The translations under genes and the position numbers were made by a program. Shown piece by piece: positions 63,201-64,000 of a DNA stretch of 64,000 nucleotides (positions are counted from its first letter, which is position 1; the number at the start of each line of letters is the position of its first letter). A model generated the notes under the pieces. It was not told the DNA's origin. It saw only the letters and a list, made by a program, of their open reading frames with translations, and did no database searches. Source of the stretch: Lytechinus pictus (lineage: Eukaryota); the NCBI RefSeq assembly GCF_037042905.1, contig NC_087249.1, forward strand, positions 7,132,001-7,196,000, in the 5' to 3' direction.

Positions 63201-63484
63201 TTTAGTTCGATGGTTAAGTACAGGTCAGGGGGTGATTCACCAATAGCTAAAAACCAATCTTAAGAGGGATAAAAATAAATCATCTCATGTCTGATCGGTC
63301 TACAGCTTGTTATTACAATTGATTTTAGCTGTCAGTGAAAGACACCCAAAAGGTTATAAATGTCTTCGAAAACCCTTACCTGATAGTTGACAGCCACAGT
63401 GCCAAAGAGACCGGCAGTTCTAATAAGTGAGAACTGAACAGGATTATCACTCCCTACAGCCTCATTCAAGTACAATGGAGATAT
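49..63484 (-). CDS. ADGRV1: Adhesion GPCR V1 (VLGR1/GPR98) orthologue, internal part: 55 phase-consistent exons, ~3,867 codons; gene continues beyond both window ends
   Basis: Dozens of Calx-beta motifs (DDxxPExxExF, NDxPxGxxxF, RxxGxxGxVxV), one LamG/pentraxin domain and an EAR/EPTP block, in the order known for ADGRV1. All exons have GT-AG borders and join in frame. Confidence 0.95.
996..1178 (-). CDS. ADGRV1: ADGRV1 exon w54
   Basis: NADGDVEVYEG...LRTAGAIGTVGVSW...VTLVNGQ; phase 0/0. Confidence 0.9.
2125..2788. mobile_element. Non-autonomous element, CACTA/EnSpm-like (tentative)
   Basis: CATTACG...CGTCATG termini with TC duplication; inverted homolog at ~46592-47096. Confidence 0.55.
2232..2368. 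mobile_element. MITE family A copy
   Basis: Palindromic gtttcataaagctgttcgtaagttaagagcgac arms; CTG duplication. Confidence 0.8.
3310..3450. mobile_element. Short palindromic MITE
   Basis: tatattggatggct...agccatccaatata inverted arms with inner ataccagaaatattcc/ggaatatttctggtat. Confidence 0.6.
3555..3731 (-). CDS. ADGRV1: ADGRV1 exon w53
   Basis: DTDAEGPETFFVNLTSV...QNDNANGILQLNVTK; phase 0/0. Confidence 0.9.
3897..5420 (-). mobile_element. HINE/DINE-1-like (Helentron-associated) non-autonomous element with internal ~163-bp tandem array, copy 1
   Basis: subTIRs GTCTCGCCTGCAT/ATGCAGGCGAGAC, terminal hairpin, (GCC/GTC)n microsatellite, ~7 tandem units, T-rich ends. Confidence 0.8.
6312..6441 (-). 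CDS. ADGRV1: ADGRV1 exon w52
   Basis: TSEAAGLPDIQRAESGSDF...VTFEDG...INVLP; phase 2/0. Confidence 0.9.
6544..6723. mobile_element. Tc1/mariner-like MITE
   Basis: TA|CAGTGAAACTTGT...ACAGGTTTGACTG; related fragments at ~24677-24898 and ~49445-49650. Confidence 0.55.
7445..7779 (-). CDS. ADGRV1: ADGRV1 exon w51
   Basis: IEFQDGVATA...ADDIPELDET...ANDSPHGVFAW...VNVYY; phase 0/2. Confidence 0.92.
8226..8583 (-). CDS. ADGRV1: ADGRV1 exon w50
   Basis: STQLTFTPSD...DDVLPEDDQTF...SNDDAHG...PLVGQ; phase 2/0. Confidence 0.92.
8905..9274 (-). CDS. ADGRV1: ADGRV1 exon w49 (EAR, return to Calx-beta)
   Basis: GNTEIDSVIYQW...HQSIPTQG...GVAEDSDYVP; phase 1/2. Confidence 0.92.
9982..10115 (-). CDS. ADGRV1: ADGRV1 exon w48 (EAR)
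   Basis: SVVYEWQGG...QQISTQGATDIQAF...YLAIANSRND; phase 2/1. Confidence 0.92.
10677..10945 (-). CDS. ADGRV1: ADGRV1 exon w47 (EAR)
   Basis: IQDISTVGASDVEFF...SVIYLWN...YLAVANFYD; phase 0/2. Confidence 0.92.
11752..11901 (-). CDS. ADGRV1: ADGRV1 exon w46 (EAR)
   Basis: TLETDGAVRA...LIAIAN...SRIYRL; phase 0/0. Confidence 0.9.
12399..12628 (-). CDS. ADGRV1: ADGRV1 exon w45 (EAR/EPTP repeats)
   Basis: DGDIPVLANTQNI...SMLFRWQGVFVPVQ; phase 1/0. Confidence 0.88.
12724..12920. mobile_element. Short TIR element with TAGGGT-rich core
   Basis: gacaattgctcc/ggagcaattgtc inverted arms; inverted homolog at 51727-52443. Confidence 0.6.
13268..13653. mobile_element. MITE with ~60-bp imperfect TIRs
   Basis: attcacaatacgatgcgccatctatcggttgcag versus ctgcaaccaatagatagcgcatcatattgtaaat. 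Confidence 0.6.
14017..14141 (-). CDS. ADGRV1: ADGRV1 exon w44
   Basis: SSSVEVEESSGTVYFTVARGGG...STQPGTAIAA; phase 2/1. Confidence 0.9.
14604..14888 (-). mobile_element. SINE, partial or internally deleted
   Basis: Same cccaggtg...gggtacc core and tail type as the other SINEs; related fragment at ~12965-13215. Confidence 0.55.
14965..15140 (-). CDS. ADGRV1: ADGRV1 exon w43
   Basis: VLQIAAVVDSIPELDEEF...ENDAPYG...PYGS; phase 0/2. Confidence 0.9.
15688..15959. mobile_element. Harbinger-like MITE family B
   Basis: gccccgtcttacaaagag...taagacagggcc; homologs at 38188, 42145, 47939. Confidence 0.75.
15992..16233 (-). CDS. ADGRV1: ADGRV1 exon w42
   Basis: VLVTIEANDDAFGIVYF...VTFGPGAQAA; phase 1/0. 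Confidence 0.9.
16283..16580. mobile_element. Two adjacent MITE family A copies
   Basis: gtttcacaaagc...gctttatgaaacaccc repeated twice, degenerate. Confidence 0.6.
17047..17188 (-). CDS. ADGRV1: ADGRV1 exon w41
   Basis: VLVFGDGESTKTV...NDAIAEDGETL...NPTGGLDLGEPVR; phase 0/1. Confidence 0.9.
17672..17855. mobile_element. MITE family A copy
   Basis: gctgttcgtaagttaagagc...cttaaagtcgctcttaact...gctttatgaaacggcccc. Confidence 0.7.
17987..18125 (-). CDS. ADGRV1: ADGRV1 exon w40
   Basis: IDVLEDVGSVDVTVLRDQGTYGEVS...GDDYQFDDQ; phase 2/0. Confidence 0.9.
18206..19179 (-). mobile_element. HINE/DINE-1-like element, copy 2
   Basis: subTIRs GTCTCACCTGCAT/ATGCAGGTGAGAC, ~4-5 tandem units; nearly identical to copy 3. 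Confidence 0.8.
19291..19450. mobile_element. Harbinger-like MITE family E
   Basis: gggctccttaacacaaaggtttgc...gcaaacctttgtgttacggagccc; relatives at ~13776 and ~17413. Confidence 0.65.
19811..19895 (-). CDS. ADGRV1: ADGRV1 exon w39
   Basis: DTIDLVSEVTISANDGTQGVIRFDTMVT; phase 1/2. Confidence 0.88.
20381..20635 (-). CDS. ADGRV1: ADGRV1 exon w38
   Basis: GQVRVSY...EDDIPELDEVF...TPPKL; phase 1/1. Confidence 0.92.
21218..21498 (-). mobile_element. tRNA-derived SINE
   Basis: A-box-like TGGCCCAGTTG and B-box GGTTCGAATTCC, core cccaggtgaggtgaatgggtacc, AT-rich tail. Confidence 0.8.
21507..21686 (-). CDS. ADGRV1: ADGRV1 exon w37
   Basis: GVSPTGAASID...ASDEPHGVFSF...ERKYGAI; phase 1/1. Confidence 0.9.
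21903..22144. mobile_element. hAT-like MITE
   Basis: TIR CATGGGCGGAAATC/GATTTCCACCCATG with perfect 8-bp duplication GTTGGCAG. Confidence 0.85.
22277..22376 (-). CDS. ADGRV1: ADGRV1 exon w36
   Basis: GELMKEVTLESLPDETPETNENFQIILTNVQTS; phase 0/1. Confidence 0.9.
22495..22711 (-). mobile_element. L2/CR1-type LINE 3' fragment
   Basis: Translates YGDRAF*SIAPRLWSAFPSSLREIDNIELFKSSLKTHLF, a typical ORF2 C-terminus; same family on + at 50528-50730. Confidence 0.8.
22753..22892 (-). CDS. ADGRV1: ADGRV1 exon w35
   Basis: GETFNVTVERSTPGMGVVTVDW...GQITFQM; phase 1/0. Confidence 0.9.
23200..23420. mobile_element. Harbinger-like MITE family C
   Basis: tttcacaaagatttaagtatgacttag...ctaagtcatacttaaatctttgtgaaa; homolog at 44640-44829. 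Confidence 0.75.
23500..23659. mobile_element. MITE family D
   Basis: gagcgtttcatgaaaggac...gatgaaacactcccc with ccaatcag core; homologs at 47516-47654 and 63033-63191. Confidence 0.65.
23709..23894 (-). CDS. ADGRV1: ADGRV1 exon w34
   Basis: VINVGIRDDDIPEIDESF...ANDFVAGILRF...ISE; phase 1/1. Confidence 0.9.
24917..25036 (-). CDS. ADGRV1: ADGRV1 exon w33
   Basis: GNIGEVAISW...GLDYSASGGTLTFTSGQTRQ; phase 1/1. Confidence 0.9.
25538..25766 (-). CDS. ADGRV1: ADGRV1 exon w32
   Basis: LSLMSVRV...NNDDANGVWRL...VIERG; phase 0/1. Confidence 0.9.
26093..26245 (-). CDS. ADGRV1: ADGRV1 exon w31
   Basis: TQALYASQAIAGVDYEPV...NDTLPEQDEAFG; phase 0/0. Confidence 0.9.
26546..26876 (-). CDS. ADGRV1: ADGRV1 exon w30 (includes Cys-rich PAN-like insert)
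   Basis: GGNFGVLEVTYST...CAETCLRQQACGAFEY...LKDSVK; phase 2/0. Confidence 0.9.
27655..27836 (-). CDS. ADGRV1: ADGRV1 exon w29
   Basis: NVVLLLVNATGGGVVG...ANDNPHGTVEF...LRVIR; phase 0/2. Confidence 0.9.
28134..28252 (-). CDS. ADGRV1: ADGRV1 exon w28
   Basis: GELAVDDVFPTGGTLYF...ILPDDVPEERE; phase 1/0. Confidence 0.9.
29284..29412 (-). CDS. ADGRV1: ADGRV1 exon w27
   Basis: GFGFSSQIVTEPEEG...RSGGTIGVVAVEWQATIN; phase 1/1. Confidence 0.88.
29986..30244 (-). CDS. ADGRV1: ADGRV1 exon w26
   Basis: VTVKFQTIPGTA...NDQTPEVAETF...SDDPYGNF; phase 0/1. Confidence 0.92.
31228..31392. repeat. Local tandem duplication (~82 bp x2)
   Basis: gtcagaatg.attgatttttattttcaaattgtaaaa...cccaacttagtggttttgaaag occurs twice. 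Confidence 0.85.
31557..31723 (-). CDS. ADGRV1: ADGRV1 exon w25
   Basis: VANSPRVG...ANDNANGVLQL...RSAGTFGT; phase 1/0. Confidence 0.9.
32050..32228 (-). CDS. ADGRV1: ADGRV1 exon w24
   Basis: RAEEGVDFVATQG...DDAIPETEESI...AQNNP; phase 2/1. Confidence 0.9.
32266..32555 (+). mobile_element. tRNA-derived SINE
   Basis: A box TGGTCTAGTGG, B box GGTTCAAATCC, conserved core, (TAT)n tail. Confidence 0.8.
32676..36029. mobile_element. 3.35-kb foldback non-autonomous DNA transposon (Academ-like, tentative) with inverted ~180-bp tandem arrays
   Basis: TAGACGGGTCAATATA...TATATTGACCCGTCTA termini, >100 bp near-perfect subterminal inverted repeat, TTA duplication; no transposase ORF. Confidence 0.8.
36126..36220 (-). 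CDS. ADGRV1: ADGRV1 exon w23
   Basis: ILRDRGQDGDVRVMYATLNFNEELTNLPAHV; phase 0/2. Confidence 0.88.
36616..37850. mobile_element. Small palindromic MITE interrupted by a 1.08-kb element
   Basis: taatacgtcagtcacatctg|ctccatggcg pairs with cgccatagagcaaatgtgaccgaggtatta. Confidence 0.65.
36636..37719. mobile_element. Non-autonomous TIR element with 4-bp target duplication
   Basis: 19-bp TIR CAGTCAGAC(C/T)GCAGGTCCC, TCTG on both sides, internal inverted segments. Confidence 0.8.
37934..38116 (-). CDS. ADGRV1: ADGRV1 exon w22
   Basis: VPELDELFNV...ANDDPYGVF...EVTLQ; phase 0/0. Confidence 0.9.
38188..38465. mobile_element. MITE family B copy
   Basis: gggtcccgtctcacaaagag...; aligns with 42145-42413. 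Confidence 0.65.
38646..38819 (-). CDS. ADGRV1: ADGRV1 exon w21
   Basis: VIRLGGALGEVMVFW...INVQPDS; phase 0/0. Confidence 0.9.
39128..39270. repeat. (GAT)n microsatellite
   Basis: Long imperfect GAT run. Confidence 0.95.
39334..39476 (-). CDS. ADGRV1: ADGRV1 exon w20
   Basis: AQIGPASTIEVVILPSDNAYGTFEF...DDVTLQ; phase 1/0. Confidence 0.9.
39861..40088. mobile_element. Tc1-like MITE
   Basis: TA|CAGTGGTGCTAATAAGTAAGTGAAC...GTTCACTAACTTTTGAGCACAACTG|TA. Confidence 0.75.
40335..40343 (-). CDS. ADGRV1: Candidate 9-nt microexon of ADGRV1 (adds Asp-Pro-Gln)
   Basis: ttaactttttatgcaaaaag|ACCCACAAG|gtaaat; three TGCATG sites within 190 nt downstream. Confidence 0.45.
41976..41981 (-). CDS. ADGRV1: Candidate 6-nt microexon of ADGRV1 (adds Gly-Thr)
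   Basis: ccctgctttgattag|GCACAG|gtaagc; 104-nt AG-free zone upstream; frame-preserving in a phase-1 intron. Confidence 0.5.
42145..42413. mobile_element. MITE family B copy
   Basis: ggccccgtcttacaaagagtt...aactctttgtaagacagggcc, CAG flanks. Confidence 0.8.
42534..42705. mobile_element. MITE family A copy
   Basis: Full palindromic arms gtttcataaagctgttcgtaag.../...cttacgaacagctttatgaaac. Confidence 0.8.
43120..43249 (-). CDS. ADGRV1: ADGRV1 exon w19
   Basis: SAGGILQFSD...DNDIAELEKSFQVQLSSPTEG; AAG acceptor; phase 0/1. Confidence 0.88.
43350..43644. mobile_element. Harbinger-like MITE
   Basis: ggcccatatcctgaac...cttcagaatatgggcc inverted termini. Confidence 0.6.
44105..44506 (-). CDS. ADGRV1: ADGRV1 exon w18
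   Basis: TFTFTTVDDLAPEVLEEF...AGKNPIDFV; phase 0/0. Confidence 0.92.
44640..44829. mobile_element. MITE family C copy
   Basis: cttagagtcgcacttaaat...atttaagtgcgactctaag...tctttgtgaaacacccccc. Confidence 0.7.
45225..45466 (-). CDS. ADGRV1: ADGRV1 exon w17
   Basis: VLKSDNANGLFGF...DDFVNASGTVVFENGVREQ; phase 1/0. Confidence 0.9.
45500..45945 (+). mobile_element. L2-clade LINE 3' fragment
   Basis: Translates ...PLIWNTLSKELKDSCSLNVFRRNCK, then T-rich 3' UTR and (GAATT)n tail. Confidence 0.6.
46264..46478 (-). CDS. ADGRV1: ADGRV1 exon w16
   Basis: EMMELRNNPVAQDVTPISGTVTF...DVEDEGNEVF; phase 2/1. Confidence 0.9.
46592..47096. mobile_element. Inverted homolog of the 2125-2788 element
   Basis: Shared blocks such as aatacaatatgcctttgaaaac.tgattaaatatc and terminal gacgtaatg. 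Confidence 0.65.
47705..47830 (-). CDS. ADGRV1: ADGRV1 exon w15 (LamG/pentraxin)
   Basis: ...MYVGASRPGSELYTGMLQDVRIYNSVLQE; phase 2/2. Confidence 0.92.
47939..48214. mobile_element. MITE family B copy
   Basis: gggccccatcttacaaagag...tttgtaagacgggccc. Confidence 0.75.
48547..48846 (-). mobile_element. tRNA-derived SINE
   Basis: A box TGGTCTAGTGG, B box GGTTCGAATCC; body and tail match 62718-63013. Confidence 0.85.
48993..49129 (-). CDS. ADGRV1: ADGRV1 exon w14 (LamG/pentraxin)
   Basis: ...LVDGAWHFVVATVD...NLYVDG; phase 0/2. Confidence 0.92.
49786..50003 (-). CDS. ADGRV1: ADGRV1 exon w13 (LamG/pentraxin)
   Basis: ...FTLSAWVRPNQGSDGFIISK...YYGLRL; phase 1/0. Confidence 0.9.
50528..50730 (+). 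mobile_element. L2/CR1-type LINE 3' fragment
   Basis: gctccacgcctttggaactcc...aaactcacttatttcagcagatgtg, (CAT)n tail. Confidence 0.75.
50825..50987 (-). CDS. ADGRV1: ADGRV1 exon w12 (lead-in to LamG/pentraxin domain)
   Basis: AVWELYSDAISGNLPTVIDLLFLG...YSFSGQI; phase 0/1. Confidence 0.88.
51880..52279. mobile_element. Palindromic MITE
   Basis: tgcatcagcccgag...ctcgggctggtgca subterminal arms; internal tagcgcgcta motifs. Confidence 0.55.
52297..52403. mobile_element. hAT-like MITE
   Basis: CATGGG.GTCAG.GCAGAGGATTATC arms; 8-bp duplication CCCAGAGC/CCCGGAGC. Confidence 0.75.
52455..52654 (-). CDS. ADGRV1: ADGRV1 exon w11
   Basis: GGGRLSTSQP...NDDPYGVLAF...RLQGTSGSVG; phase 1/0. Confidence 0.9.
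53706..53926 (-). CDS. ADGRV1: ADGRV1 exon w10
   Basis: VVRERGSFGIVQVNW...DGIPEFNENFLLTLTSTD; phase 2/1. Confidence 0.9.
54335..54467 (-). CDS. ADGRV1: ADGRV1 exon w9
   Basis: GDIVVYGSGIAIVTIEANDDPGGVFSF...VLNF; phase 1/2. Confidence 0.9.
55074..55334 (-). CDS. ADGRV1: ADGRV1 exon w8
   Basis: DPVNVTVSEPG...EDAEPEDSETFTVQLFNPV; phase 1/1. Confidence 0.9.
55934..56057 (-). CDS. ADGRV1: ADGRV1 exon w7
   Basis: IPERSESFTVSLSNPIGGSRLG...NDDAVYFE; phase 0/1. Confidence 0.9.
56648..57396 (-). CDS. ADGRV1: ADGRV1 exon w6
   Basis: GEAMQVLTVEILSD...ITARNDQ, within ORF 56588..57421; phase 1/0. Confidence 0.92.
57858..57996 (-). CDS. ADGRV1: ADGRV1 exon w5
   Basis: LSLNLTREGTSGEAVVLWRIVD...DYGFPNGSVRFSP; phase 0/1. 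Confidence 0.9.
58536..58837 (-). CDS. ADGRV1: ADGRV1 exon w4
   Basis: NVLETAGSS...EPQGPNPYE; GTAAGT donor; phase 1/0. Confidence 0.9.
59367..60360 (-). CDS. ADGRV1: ADGRV1 exon w3 (several Calx-beta repeats)
   Basis: VPENEETF...GSADETE, within ORF 59254..60369; GTGAGT donor; phase 0/1. Confidence 0.92.
60560..60815 (-). mobile_element. tRNA-derived SINE (diverged)
   Basis: TGGCCTAGTGG A box, GGTTCGAATC B box, conserved core. Confidence 0.7.
61079..62036 (-). mobile_element. HINE/DINE-1-like element, copy 3
   Basis: Nearly identical to 18206-19179. Confidence 0.8.
62058..62171 (-). CDS. ADGRV1: ADGRV1 exon w2
   Basis: ISGGPNAASNDLSPVTSSVTFQEGDSSASFIVSVLADE; phase 0/0. Confidence 0.9.
62718..63013 (-). 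mobile_element. tRNA-derived SINE
   Basis: TGGCTCAGTGG A box, GGTTCGAATCCC B box, core and tail match 48547-48846. Confidence 0.85.
63380..63484 (-). CDS. ADGRV1: ADGRV1 exon w1 (Calx-beta)
   Basis: ISPLYLNEAVGSDNPVQFSLIRTAGLFGTVAVNYQ; TAG acceptor, GTAAGG donor; phase 0/0. Confidence 0.85.
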
Positions 63485-64000
63485 CTACATGTATAAGGGG
63501 TTGAGTAAAAACAAAATTAAACAACAGGTGAAGGTATGTTATCAATCAACACAAGGGCAATTCCAAGCAAAAGTGGACATTTTCCAAAAATTTATATTGG
63601 CTCTATTTCAAATCTGGATCAAATTTTTCTATCAAAACTCATATGGAATTTCATAAATACGGTACAAAAGGGGAACATAACTAGCCACAATTTTTTTTTC
63701 TTACAAATCTCCTTATAGGAGAATCCAAACCATACAAGAAATTCTATACATGGGACTACATATATTGTTTTTTACTTAATTTCAATTTAACAGAAAAGTA
63801 TTGCTTGTTTTGTAAAATTTTCTTTTGGATAATCTGAAGGACATCATTTTACATCATATCAAACAAAAATTTTAAAATATAAGTTCATTTTACGTTGCCC
63901 CTGAGTGGATATTTCTTATGTCACTCCGTAACCGTCACTCCATAACCAGGTATGGGTTTACTTTTTAAGTTGTAATAAATGAAATAATACACAAATTTTT

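Overview
Eukaryotic, AT-rich animal DNA; an echinoderm such as a sea urchin is my inference from the repeat landscape. The whole window is the interior of one very large minus-strand gene, an ADGRV1 (VLGR1/GPR98) orthologue. I traced 55 GT-AG coding exons by hand, and they join in phase into about 11.6 kb (~3,870 aa) of ectodomain: Calx-beta repeats, a LamG/pentraxin domain, more Calx-beta repeats with a Cys-rich PAN-like insert, EAR/EPTP repeats, then more Calx-beta repeats. Neither the start of the gene nor the GAIN/7TM region is in the window. The introns are dense with non-autonomous transposons, several nested: HINE/Helentron-like elements, a 3.35-kb foldback element, Kolobok-, hAT-, Harbinger-, Tc1- and CACTA-like MITEs, tRNA-derived SINEs and L2/CR1 3' ends. 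Most notable: (1) two candidate frame-preserving microexons (6 and 9 nt) with SRRM4-type UGC and RBFOX UGCAUG signals in one intron; (2) strongly enriched TACATGTA octamers that behave like Tc1/mariner excision footprints, two of them at splice acceptors; (3) three-way compensatory covariation in HINE termini; (4) all three non-Calx modules inserted at the same loop of a Calx-beta domain.
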